Origin: Botryllus schlosseri
Lineage: Eukaryota
Assembly: GCA_051294905.1 (NCBI GenBank)
Contig: CM119382.1
Span: 21,762,001-21,826,000 of the forward strand
DNA length: 64,000 bases
Direction of reading: 5' to 3'
A program made the translations under genes and the position numbers. Positions 1-11,795 of this stretch are shown here, piece by piece. The notes under the pieces are model-generated. The model saw only the letters and a list, made by a program, of their open reading frames with translations. It made no database searches and was not told the DNA's origin. Position 1 is the first letter of the stretch. The number at the start of each line of letters is the position of its first letter.

Positions 1-55
1 ACCCACGACTTACCGCTCGAGAAGCCGGACGCATAGCCATTACACTATCTCGCAG
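1..55 (-). mobile_element. tRNA-derived SINE 5' fragment, cut by the window edge
   Basis: Reverse complement GATAGTGTAATGGCTATGCGTCCGGCTTCTCGAGCGGTAAGTCGTGGGT closely matches the SINE head at 57168; Pol III box-A-like motif. Confidence 0.65.
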
Positions 56-671
56 AATTTTATCTTATTGGCTAAAATATGGAAGTAATGTTATTCAAGC
101 TCCAATTCAGGACAGTTTTTGTCTTTGAGTCGAATATATCCTCCGAGTGAGCACAGATCGCCAAGCAGATTCTGAATCTGCATAAATCCGATTATTCTGA
201 TTTCGACAATTAAATAAAATAAACAAGGAAGAAATAAATGAAAATATTGATGTCTCAAAAAGTAGAGCCAATTCAAAGTACTGAAAGTCATTTTTGGACG
301 CAGCGGCCCCAAAATACCTAGAAACTATTATAATATCCTTGGCATTCCGATTTTTTTGTTGCCAGTGTTATCATTAGCACTATGCACGCGTCAGCCGTGT
401 AGACTAACCGATTTTCGAAAATATCACGGAGCTTACTAGATTAAATTAGGTAACCTACGAAGGCTTGTTGTTGCTCATGTTCATCAAAAGCACAAAGTTC
501 TCCCATCGAAATACGTACCTCCCAGAGACCTTTTATGCGTAATTTCATAGTGTTCCTCGACTGGTAACTGGATTCCCCACCTTGCAGTGATCATAGGCCT
601 ACATGATTATATACTCTCGATGCATTGATATTGATACATTTGTATTGAGATATACTGTTCCTTTTGTGCAG

Positions 672-1308
672 GAGTGTTCCCAACAAGACATTAGCGGGTA
701 TGCAATGGGCTGCGAACCACCTTCCCAAAACTTGGATATACTCCAGCGCAGACGACGATGTCGTGTTACATGTACCTAATTTCGCCGCTTACATCGACCG
801 TGTCATAAAGGAGACTTCGTCAATGACACAACGTTCACCACCTTCCACGATCGATGTGCCTATAATGTGCGTATACAGTTATCAAAAGAAAGATCCGCCA
901 GCCAGAGACCCGAAGAGCAAATGGTACATGCCCAAAGAATTATATTCCGGAACTTACTGGCCACCTTATTGTCGCGGCGGATGGTATTCTATGCCGGTTT
1001 ATCTAACCGGCAAGTTACTTCGCATTTCGGAACGAATGGTATATCTTGCATTGGATGATGTTTGGATCACGGGATTGATGAGAATTCGCTATCTGACTGA
1101 GATCTACCGCAATGAAAGCTTTCCACTGGACGGAATGTTAGACGCGGCGCCACTTTCGTTGCGGACAACCATGCAACTCCTTGGGAATATGAACGAAACG
1201 GTTTCACGCGTGATTGTCAGTCACTGTTGGGGGAATATCGTGGGCAGAAATGTCGACGTCAAAGACAGCTTGAGACGGAAATGGAAAGAATGGTCGCTCT
1301 CCTTCTAA
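672..1308 (+). CDS. Terminal coding exon of a beta-1,3-galactosyltransferase/GlcNAc-transferase (GT31, Galactosyl_T family); upstream exons not found in the window
   Basis: Acceptor ttttgtgcag|G at 671/672. GT31 motifs NKTL..MQW, SSADDDV (DxD), YWPPYCRGGWY, DDVWITG and SH before the stop at 1308. Confidence 0.85.
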
Positions 1309-3287
1309 TGGATCTTCAATCTTCATTGCTTCTCGATTTTCGATCATTCTGTATTAGGGCACGTACATTTTAACATGCCCTTCCGGTATAATTTGTATGT
1401 ATGAGGATTGGAGTTGTTTTCTATCTTTTTATGGTACTGCATTCTTCTGAACCGTGTCGCCACATTGCACGAGATCAGCGAACATGTTGCAATTACTAAC
1501 TATACTCACAATGACTTTTTTTGTAATGAAACCGCTTGAAAAATATTACTTTCTTGAAAGAGCCGGTCACACAAAAATGCGAATCACATTGCTGCTAGAA
1601 GGCCGTTGAATGAGATCTCTTAGGGGCCTGACGAGTGCTTTTTCGGCCCTGATTTTGCGGATGACTGGTATAGCTGCTGTCAGGAGTTTTGTTGCGGCGC
1701 ATTGTATTCGTAGTAATCAGAGTAGCCTACGTCTGGTGGTAGCGTGCAATGAGCAACGTAGCAAGATAAGGTGCCTGGTTCAACTCCGTAACGCTTTTCT
1801 CGATATTGTCGAAGAGAGGAATATTATTCGAGTTGGGGTGGTCGGTTCAATCCACGGGCGTCGACGTGAAAGACTGTATTCTGTAAACAACTGTCGACGG
1901 TAGCACGTTTATCTGGGCAAGGCAATTTTACCTCGACTCAGCCGACTCACTGCTGTAAAATAACATGGATACCCCCGAAAACATAATTATACTTACACAT
2001 AAGCGGTTGCATACTTTAAATTTTGGTTTGATTTCAACATTTGAAAATCCACCGGTCCTCCAAATATTTTTTGAAATTCTACCGTTCCGCGAGGTGAAAA
2101 AGGTTGAAAACCACTGCTTTACACGATAGAACGAATTCAACAACGTACGAAAGTCTCCAAGCAAACTTGTAATACAAAAATTTACTTTCAGTCAATGCGA
2201 ATTCTACGATGATGGTAGAAAATGATCCACGGTTTCAGGATTTCGGCGATAACTTCAAAAAGGGGGATATACGACTGCAATTTTGTACACGTTTACGCAA
2301 CAACACAATTTTAACAACAAATGAACTTTCGATCAAACATCAGAACTCCGGTAACAAATGGCGGTTACACGATTGTCGATAGTACATATTCAACAACGTC
2401 CGGAGTTATATACGGGAATCAGTGAGCAAATTGAAAATACAAAAATTCCCCTTTAATTGAACACATTTATCAATTGGAAGTTTACGATGAAAATCATATT
2501 TTGTACAACTAACAGTTGATTTACAGTTTAGCAATAGTGGCAGTAACAAGAGTCTCCTACTCAAATTTTAAACAGGAGCATTTACGTTGCAGTGACAAGA
2601 TTAAAAACGAAAAGTAATGCTATATGTGAGCGGATTTTCATGAGCAGAGGTGAGTCACAAACCGTGGTGCAAAAGGATTTATATCGAAGTCCGCTCGCGG
2701 TATCCGACATTCCTGATCCCACAATGTCATGCAGTGGAGATTTTGTTTTGGAGGGAGCTAGGGGTCTTCAGTGGTAAATGAGAGCTTCAGGAAGGTTAGC
2801 TTGGAGCCGCGGTTAAGAATCACCGCCTTAGACTATCCAATGGTCTTTCGGTGCATCAAACTCATTATTGCAGTGATTCAACATGATTAATACAAAAACA
2901 GCTGTATATTTAACTTTATTTCTCAGTATTAGATCGCGGCACGTCATATGGGCTCGAGTTTAATATTTGGCAACGTCTCGGCTCCTTTATTGTGCAAATT
3001 GTAATTTTAATACTGATTTTTATTAAAATTAATGATCTGAATTAAACTTGAAACAATATTTGGGTTGGATACGCGCACCGCCTCCATATGCGCGCAATCG
3101 AACCAATTAGCCTATATTACGTTTATTATTATCACTGTCTGCGTCCAGTGTTTAGTATAAATCTAAAATCTTCGTTCGTCGGCCCAAGTGACTGTTCTGT
3201 TGATACGCATATCTCGTCAGCTCACTTCCGTGAAATAAATACGTTTCAAGTCCTTCGGTGTATTATTTCATATGCCCCGAGCAATTT

Positions 3288-3691
3288 TCAGTACTTCTTC
3301 ATTGCCTCTTCGTAGACGACGTAATCGTCGTACATGACTTTCCGTAATTTAAGGACAGCTTTTTCATGAAGAAAGTCCTTGGTTTTAGTTCTTGTTTTAT
3401 TTGGCGCAGCGGAATTTTTCATTTCCTGCCAGGTTTTCACAGCCCCTCCGAAGAAATCCGAAATGATGGTTTCAAACAAGCTCAGCGTGCCTTCGATCTC
3501 TTTAGTCAGTCCTATAACTAAATAGATATCGCGAATGCGTTTCTTGGCTAGTTCCACTCGATCTGGCGAAGTCGAATCGTGGCAAACCGGATCGAATCGA
3601 CAAAAATAGTTCGTATAATATTGTGTAATAATTAAGTCGTTTCAAAACGCTTCCTCGTTCGTTACGCATTTGTTGATGTGGATCTAGCATT
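3288..3691 (-). pseudogene. 3' half of a uronyl-2-/heparan-sulfate-2-O-sulfotransferase-like (Sulfotransfer_2) pseudogene
   Basis: Minus frame reads INKCVTNEEAF*NDLIITQYYTNYFCRFDPVCHDSTSPDRVELAKKRIRDIYLVIGLTKEIEGTLSLFETIISDFF...YDDYVVY, collinear with the UST/HS2ST C-terminal half as I recall it (DINEC..YFCG.C..ALERAK..VG). In-frame TGA at 3642-3644. Runs up to the insertion point. Confidence 0.8.
3686..3691. repeat. Left target-site duplication AGCATT
   Basis: Identical hexamer at 18357-18362 directly after the right terminus. Confidence 0.95.
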
Positions 3692-4027
3692 AGTAGTATG
3701 AGTAATGGGCGATTTGCCCGCATGCACCCTATTTACTTAAACAAACAAGAATTATCAATATAATAAACAGTGAAGGAATTAGCTCATTCTCAGTTTTGCA
3801 GCAATACTGGAGGGGAATTCCCTTCTGACTGTGCGGCAATTAAAAAAGGGGGAATAATTACAGATAGAGAGAAAACGAACAAGGAATCTGGATTGACCTT
3901 TGTACTCAGACATGAGACTGGAGTACTTCTCCTTGTACTTTTCCACTCGCCTCCTGATTATAATACATTGTAATTTTACTGTATTTTTCCACGATTCACA
4001 GCTGACTTCGGTCGTACACGACGGTGA

Positions 4028-4411
4028 TCATAGTTGCCTGCCCTGACCTGTTGTTCCGTGGTCCAATTTCGTGGCTTGGGAACAATAACCCGTAAAACTG
4101 GTTGACTTGTTATTCCGCGGTTGATTCATTTTCGTGTACGGTGGGTCATAGGAATAATTGTCGGTCGTGACGTAAGTATAGTTTTCTTCTGATCTGTGAG
4201 ATCCTGGTGCGTGTTTTAGGTGTCCATACGTTCGGCAGTGTAAGGTGACGCTTGTGGTCTGTCTCATACTGTCGTACCCGCTTGCTTTGTTGTTCAGCCA
4301 GACAGTAACGAGAAATGATCTGTTATTATTATAAATATGTGTGTCATTTCGAGTCATACCGAGAATCAGAATGAATGTCCTAGTAGAAATTTGTATTAAG
4401 CGACCCGACAT
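4028..4411 (-). CDS. Hypothetical 127-aa subterminal ORF, left-arm copy
   Basis: ATG-initiated and open in both arms despite 8 substitutions and an in-frame 6-bp indel. No recognisable domain. Confidence 0.3.
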   Translation of the reverse strand: MSGRLIQISTRTFILILGMTRNDTHIYNNNRSFLVTVWLNNKASGYDSMRQTTSVTLHCRTYGHLKHAPGSHRSEENYTYVTTDNYSYDPPYTKMNQPRNNKSTSFTGYCSQATKLDHGTTGQGRQL

Positions 4412-4796
4412 AGATTAGCTTAAATAAAGTAACATTATGAATATAATAAGTAATTAAACAAATAGCTGATTCTCAATTTTGCTCGCATCAACGTGTTAAC
4501 AACCAGTATTACGTACCTAGTATTCGGTGCAAGCAACAAATGTGGCTGTTCCATACCTATACCGCGTTCTAGCGTCTTCATAAGGACAGACAGTCCCAAC
4601 CAAACAATGTATTTATGATGGGTTCTTTTACTGCTTCACGTCTGGTCAAGCGTAATCGTGCCGGTGCTTGTAAATGATATACAATTTACCGCGGCATATT
4701 ATTTTTGTATGCTGTATAATGTACACGAGGTACAACTTGAATCGATCAGTTGGCGAACTAATGCTTTACCCGTCTGTACGATCGATCGCGAGCTCA

Positions 4797-5085
4797 CCAC
4801 GCACTTGTCGGTCGAGAGCGACTCATTTCGCTATAGACAATCAGTTGTGTTCGCGTGTACCGTAACATATCCTCAACACTTGTTATGCCAACACCTCCAA
4901 GCATATTTACAATATCATGCTAAGGAACTATTGCTTCGGCAGCCACGCACTGTCGTTCGAATTCGACTAATTTCGCTGCAGACAATCAGTTGTGCTCGTG
5001 TGTGCCGTAACATATCCTCAACACATGTTATGCCAACACCGCCGAGCATATTTGCAGGATCATACTACGGATATATTGACTCGAC
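4797..5085. repeat. Diverged tandem duplication, unit about 145 bp (mirror at about 16957-17245)
   Basis: GACAATCAGTTGTG at 4836 and 4981; CGTAACATATCCTCAACAC.TGTTATGCCAACACC occurs twice. Confidence 0.85.
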
Positions 5086-5443
5086 AGAGTGTTACTATAG
5101 AAATTAAACATGGAATGGCAACGATCAATTTTGCAGCTTCGCTCCGCTTCGCCGGGGCTGGAATGAAGAATTGTTTTGCGTAAGCGACTGTAGGATTTCT
5201 GGCAACCCAAAAGCAATCTTCCCGAGCGCAGAAATTATTGAATCTGGTCTTGATCGAAAGCTACTGTTGCACCGATTCCGAAAATATAAATTAAAATATT
5301 GATCGTGTGCTGATCCACCTAGAATATGTCCTCCAAGTCTGAAATATCGGCATTGTTTAGAACAATCGGGTAACCGCAACACAATTGCCATAACAATGAC
5401 CCGTTGGGATCAGTGGGCTGACCTTATTTGGCTGAAACGCGCT

Positions 5444-5938
5444 CGGTGGTGCAATAATGACAATGAATTGTGGTAGATCATACGTTATGCGATCTATAGC
5501 CTGAGGTGAGGTGTAAAGTAGAGGGGGAGATTTCGAAATCGGAATCCACTGCGACTATAGGATTGCAAAATCAAAGTCCAAAAAATCCGACTGGCACGTA
5601 AAGTACTGGTTTCTCCATATATTAGGCTGGGTAAAATGTAACATAAATCCAACTCTCAAAGGCACTGCTGTAAGGGGAGTGTCGTTGTACATTAATTTGC
5701 GTACAGCGAAACTTTGTATGCGGTGGTGCAATAATGAGGATGAATTGTGCCAGATCACGTGATGCAATCTAGCCTGCTTTCGGTGAGGTGTAAAGATGAG
5801 CGGGGAAATTTCGAAATCTGACTCCACCCGGACTCGGGTTGCTAAATCAAAGTCCAAAAAATCCGGCTGGCTCGTAAAGTCCTGTTATTTCCACATGTTG
5901 TGAGGGTAAAATATAGCATAAATCCGACTCTCAAGGCC
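5444..5938. repeat. Diverged tandem duplication, unit about 277 bp (mirror at about 16105-16598)
   Basis: CGGTGGTGCAATAATGA at 5444 and 5721; downstream blocks GGTGAGGTGTAAAG, TTTCGAAATC and AATCAAAGTCCAAAAAATCCG recur at the same spacing. Confidence 0.85.
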
Positions 5939-7370
5939 ATTTGGCTGCATCCAGACTGGCTTCGCTGAAAACTGATGAAATCTGGGCCGGGTCCGGAGAT
6001 GTTTCGTGACCTCCTCCGGCCAGACAAGATTGTTCTGCTGTAATATAGGTGTCGTTGTATAATAATTTACGTACAAGGAGACTTGGTATCGACCCTTTGG
6101 CGGAATTCTGTTTGGTTCGTCTGTACAGGTGTTATTAGTGCGATCAGATTTGGCACCTCAAGGAGTATATTGGTAAAAATCACACAACGATGACAATAAC
6201 TTTACCGGTCAACATGCGGTCAACGGTCAACGATGCGGTGTGATGTACGTAAATCAGCTGTGATCAATCGAGCGTGACACAATCGCTGTCAGTCATCAAT
6301 CTGCGACTTGACAAAACTCGCGTTTTCGGGTTGACAGCAACACATTGCGATATATTTGATGTCCCCGTCGACCCTCCTATTTTAATAGGGTTACCATGCG
6401 GCCTCATTTAGGGGAGCATATGTCCTCCATTTCCCAGATATGTCACCCAATTCACCTAAATGTACTCTCTTTCTGTCAGTTTGTCCTCCTTGTTAGCTCA
6501 ACATTTCCAAAAAAACACCACGAGTAACGCAAAATGTGGGCCTAGATTACGAAAAGTCGGGTATTTACGTAGCCAAATCGGGAAAATGACCCTATGATGG
6601 TATTGTGCAGGCTATTACGTGGATACGTGGGCGTGTGTAAACATGTGAATAGTAAAAGCGCCCCAAACTACCGTTACATGAAAAAAGATCGAGCGCACTC
6701 GACCATGACGGGGTATACCCACCTTAGTACAGCCAAATGATCCCATGTCGTACCGGGAATAGCCGAGGTGGTGGTACATCATTCTCACAAAATGTACTTT
6801 GGAACGCGTGTGAAATCGACATCGTCCGCTACTCGACTGACGCAAGTCGCCACTGCAGTCCCTCTCTGTGTATACACAATGTGCTGAGCACTGCAGATCC
6901 AGACGAGACTACGCATTCTGGCGAGGTTATCGAGATAGCTGGAGCGATTTACAACACATGCTACATTTACTTCAAACGGAATGACAAAATATGGTTTTGG
7001 AGTACTCAAGTAGTTTTAAGGGAATGTCAGTATCGTGATATCGCTTTCTATCCTAATTATAAAAGAGTAGGTCCCCATAAAACTGTCGAGCTCAAGCACG
7101 TTGGTAACTGTGATAGTAGACAAAACTGACTCGAGTACCTCAGAAATAGTGACTGTATTTCGTTGCTGACCACGCGCCTGCTTATTCACACCGACTGACT
7201 CTCCTAGTAAGCAACTGCGCCCCCGTCATCTTCTTATTGCCCAAATAATTTTACAATTCACGAAATCCAATCTCATTTGTCGATAGTTTTATCAGCACAA
7301 AAGTCACAGTTACACAAGTCTCGTAAATAGGTGTCGATACACTACAATCGTTTTATCGCCACTATTCAAC

Positions 7371-8549
7371 TCATAGCCCGATCACACGACTGACGTTTCC
7401 GCAGATCAATTTTTGACGTTTGATCAACTCTTGCCTGGTTTTGGGGTTTCTAATCACAGGGCGATTGAGATTCGGGTGTGTCTTTTCGATACGTTGCGCA
7501 AACTCGATACCTTTCGTTCGGAGTACGTATTCACACTGCGGAAACCATTTTGCATGTTCTGTCCAAACCTCGTCTTCACGGTCCCAACGAAGCCCGCCGT
7601 CACAGTAAAAGCATTTGGTTCTGTCCGAATCAACGTAGTAAAACCCCGCTTTTGCTAACTGTTCAACACTAGCTCTAATTTTATTCGGTTCCCAGCCCTT
7701 GTCGAACGTTGCGATTCTTTTTGACAACGACGACATGAGAGGGTTCACGGGTTTAAGACAAGGAAATAGTTGCTCAAGACATCGCTTTTCGTCCTCGGAG
7801 GGTTCCTCTGGTTCTTGCAGATGTAAAGTGAGACGTCGTATTTTGTCGTCAAGCAACTTATCCAAATTGTCTCGTTCGTACTCGGTTAACGCCAAATTCC
7901 CCGAATCGTCGCCACGTGCGAAACAACAATCCGGGCGATACGTCAAGTGTATTTCAGATATATCGTCTGTAGGCCTCCAATTGCGTAGAACGCCGGAGCA
8001 TTTGAAGCACTGCGTTCTGTCCAGGTCACCGAGGTAGAATAAACCTTGTTTTGCCAACTCGCCGACCGCCCGTGGTATGGGATAGCTGGGCCATTTCTCA
8101 AAGGTTTCGCGACGCTTCGACTCCTTTCGCAAGTCGAGATTCCTAACCCGATACTCGTGCTCTTGATCAACGATATTCGCAAAGTTGATGTTGGCGTTTC
8201 CAGCGGCTTTAAACTGTCTCAGTAAACTTTTGAAATTCGATTTCACAATAGGTATGTTCAACGCGTCTCGTACACAATTCGCGTCATGACGCCGTGCACT
8301 CGACCCGGTCCATCTTTCGAGGTACGCACTGCACCCAAAGCATTTGATTTTGTCTTCAAATCCTAGCCAGTAGTATCCCTCAGACGCTAAATCGGTGCGT
8401 GTTGCGTATGATACTTTAGAGAATTTGGCGAACGTGGCGAGTCTGTATAATTCAGTGCGGTGTGAACCGGAAGCGATATACACTCGTTTCTGTCCGGGCG
8501 GATCAGAGTATCTCTCCATTGACGATATGCCAAGCTCTTTCATAAACAT
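7371..8549 (-). CDS. iap: Inhibitor of apoptosis protein, 3 BIR domains, no RING, intronless (392 aa), left-arm copy
   Basis: Three BIR repeats with zinc ligands: RLATF..GYY..KCFGC..H..C; RRETF..GLFY..QCFKC..W..H..C; RIATF..LAKAGFYY..KCFYCDGGL.W..WTEHAKWFPQC. Confidence 0.95.
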   Translation of the reverse strand: MFMKELGISSMERYSDPPGQKRVYIASGSHRTELYRLATFAKFSKVSYATRTDLASEGYYWLGFEDKIKCFGCSAYLERWTGSSARRHDANCVRDALNIPIVKSNFKSLLRQFKAAGNANINFANIVDQEHEYRVRNLDLRKESKRRETFEKWPSYPIPRAVGELAKQGLFYLGDLDRTQCFKCSGVLRNWRPTDDISEIHLTYRPDCCFARGDDSGNLALTEYERDNLDKLLDDKIRRLTLHLQEPEEPSEDEKRCLEQLFPCLKPVNPLMSSLSKRIATFDKGWEPNKIRASVEQLAKAGFYYVDSDRTKCFYCDGGLRWDREDEVWTEHAKWFPQCEYVLRTKGIEFAQRIEKTHPNLNRPVIRNPKTRQELIKRQKLICGNVSRVIGL

Positions 8550-10247
8550 GGAGTACTAAGACAGAGCTTTTTGTGTCTAAACCTGTACCATAGCTCACAC
8601 ATATATATTCCTAGTTTATCCTTGCGAGCTCTATCGATTACTGGTTGGTTGTACTTTTATGTGAGATTGACAACCGTTGGCTGTCGCTATTGCACCATTT
8701 ATATATGTGTTATACCAGGAGCGGTCAACTTCTGCAGCCCGCGGGGCGTGTATAGCATAATTAGGTACTCGGTGGTGCGAATTGCTGAATCGATACATTA
8801 TTCGACCACCGATCAGCATATGCCAGGAATAAATCGTATTCAATCAATGTATTTTAACAACAGCAATGTCAATGCAAAGCCGTATCTCGCCGATATTAAC
8901 GAGGACAAAGTGGATTTGAGAACAGTATTTTTATACAGGCACCGCCATGTCTGCTTCTCTCTCACGGTGCAATACTTAAATAAGATTTCATAGTGGTCTA
9001 TAAGCCCGATACCCTAAATTGACAGAGACATCAGTTCAATAAAGTTGTTTTCTAACGACATTACAGAGAACAACGCGTACCAGTAAACACAAACCGAATT
9101 GTCCCACTGTTGCGTCAATTCACCGCCGACTCAGTATGAGACACTCTCGACCAGCGAATGTACATTAGGCAACCGAAACACGTGACCTTGCGAAGGGGGG
9201 TGTTTTCGATAACACCGATACGGCAACTTAATTCTTTCTACTGACAATGTGATGGAGAGCGGCTTAATTCATCAGACAAAGACTGGAGGCAACAATAACT
9301 AGCAAACACAAATCTAATGGCCACACCGACATTCACAGGTATTCGATAGACCCGAAAATACCAACGTCACCCAACTGCTGTAATGACACGGGTACGATGC
9401 GGGGTACGAAGCATTTTGAACGGTGTTGCTCAGTTGCGGTTCTTGGCCTTCCAAGACCTCTGTTAGCATCAGTCTATCTCACTGTTTGGAGTACCAATGC
9501 CAAACGTCGTAATAGTGGTCACTCGGTCATGTGTAGAATATAGAAATTGACGCCTGGCCTATTTGCAAGACCTCATGGCTTTGGCAAACTTACTAAAGCG
9601 GAAATTCACAAAGTCACTTGCGTACGTGCTTTCATGCCTTTGAATGTTTGTTATCATCGAGTCTGGTCATAAATAGACATGGGGACAAATTTGATGCGTT
9701 CAGCACAATATACGTTTACCACATCTCATTCCGGACCGTAACCGATCGTTTACCGCACCCTCTATATGGCAAACGTCGCCTTTGCTCATAGGTAAGCCGA
9801 TGATCTGTGAAAACACATGCGCTAACGTGCCATTTCGTTATTCCTTCAACGTCACATGACCGCCTATGAAGGCTTTTTGGGTACCCACCAATACAGTGTT
9901 GAAACGTGATCCATAGGGACCCCACTGCGTGCTATACGCCTAAATAAATATGTTTACTCGAGTATACACCTGGTGTGGAGCAGTGAAGTGGATGCAGAAA
10001 GTAAATTAGACAACGCAAACCAGTTGACAACGTCGATTAATATACGGGGGTTGATACATTTTGTCAAGTGACTTTTGAATGAGTGTTATTTGTTTGGTGT
10101 TTGATGGATAAGATTGTATTCAATCATAAACTACTAATATACTTCTTGTGGTGCTAAACCTGATTATACAGATGAATCAGACAGTATTCCGCCAATTGGG
10201 AGTAGTTGCCCGTCGTCGTGATTGACCTTCTAGTTCGCGGTGGTAAC

Positions 10248-11795
10248 GAAGAATGTATAACAGAAAGTGTAAATCGTACAATGACGACAACTAACTGTTG
10301 TCAGTCGCCCACAACAATACAGCTAACCAGTAATCTATAGAGCTTTCACGAATAAACTAGGAGTATAAACGGTTAGTCCTAACTTGTCGTTCCACGACTG
10401 AATAATCCAATTTCATCGCGACGGGGATCGGTAGTAGTTGCCCGTACGATATAGTGAATCAATCTCAAAACCTAATGCAATCCTAATTCAGCAAAATTTC
10501 ACAAATACTTTTTTTTTTCTAAATCCTAATCAATGCTCATCTCTGGCGTATACGTACAAGTTTTGTCAAAACAACAGATTGATGGAGCGTGGCTTACATT
10601 GATTGCGACACACGATCACAGCTTCTTCTGGTGGAATTTTTCAATGGTAAATTCAAGGCTAGGTCGAGGGGGTCAAACAGCATTTCTCTCACGGTAGCAC
10701 TCCGCCGAGTCAATACGTCCATAGTATGATATTTGTCGCAAGTATGTTTTGTTGGGGGTGCTGAGGATATTTTGCGGTACGCGTTTTTTCACAGGTTGCA
10801 AGTTACGATAGGGGAAGACGTATTTTTATATTTATACCGCTAATTTCATTAGATTGACTAGAAAACAATGTCATTTCTTCTGACTCGACTACCGAAATAC
10901 CCGTCAATTACTTGTGTTGTGCGAGTTAACTAAATGAAAGGTCACTCACCGAAATCGACCAGACCTACATTTCGCGTTATTCGTGGTGTTTTTTGTTATT
11001 TTAGGCTGAAAATAGGGAAAAATTTACAAAAAAGGAAGACATTTGGGCGAAGGTTGTACATATCTAGGAGAAGGAGGAGGACTTTGGTAACCCTATAAAT
11101 ATTGATCGATGTGAACATCAGCTGTATCGCATTGCTGTCAACCCGCTCCAATATGCGAGTTTAGTCAAACAGGAGATTGACGACTGACACCGTTTGTGTC
11201 ACATTCGATTGATCACAGCTGGTTTGTGTACATCACACCCCATCGAAATTACAAGCATTCGAACGAGTGATGACCGTTAGGTTTGCTGACAGTTAAAGTT
11301 GTTATCGTTGTGAGATGGATAAGATTTTGCCAATATACTTCTTGTGGTGCTAAACCCTACTGCAATAACAACACATGTACAGACAAATCAAACAGAATCC
11401 CGCCAGTGGTTCGATACAAAGTTTCACTGTACACGCAAATGAATATGCAACGAAACCCCGCATATCGTGTAATGACAGCAGAATCATTTTGCCTGGACGG
11501 AGGTGGTCACGAATCGGTTCCGTACCCCCGAATTTCATCGGTTTTGAGTGAAATCGGACTGGATACGGCCACGTATCTTTGAGAGTCAGTCATATACTAG
11601 ATTCTGTCCTCACAATATGTCGGAATAACAGGACTTTGCGTACCAGCCTGGATTTACCCCAATTCGCAGTTCAAACAGGCTTTAGGTACACCCGATAACG
11701 CGCGTCCACCACTCCAAACACATAGTTACGGGGTATGGCGGGGACCCGGAAACTCGGGGCATAGCTTATTAGTAATTTTACGCGATCATTTTTTT
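10248..11795. other. Unique 1548-bp loop (spacer) of the palindrome, containing diverged copies of arm sequence
   Basis: Symmetry stops after GGTAAC at 10247 and resumes at GTTAC 11796. 10960-11655 resembles 15500-16185; 10255-10368 resembles 13328-13439. Confidence 0.85.

Larger units (their letters stand above)
3692..10247 (+). repeat. Left arm of giant inverted repeat (6556 bp)
   Basis: Reverse complement of 11796-18356. Mirrored ORF coordinates sum to 22048, 22042 or 22043, consistent with one 6-bp and one 1-bp indel. Confidence 0.97.

Noticed and set aside
6615-7129. ORFs 6737-7129 and overlapping ones (mirrors 14914-15428) as Polinton core gene fragments
   Set aside because: No polymerase, integrase, Walker A, protease or capsid motif visible; their duplication only reflects the palindrome. 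Left unannotated.
7413-8993. ORFs antisense to or overlapping the IAP, and ORF 8571-8993 (with mirrors)
   Set aside because: Shadow frames or non-ATG starts with no domain signal.
9716-9925. 69-aa ORF duplicated at 12118-12327
   Set aside because: Non-ATG start and no motif; the identity is due to the arms.
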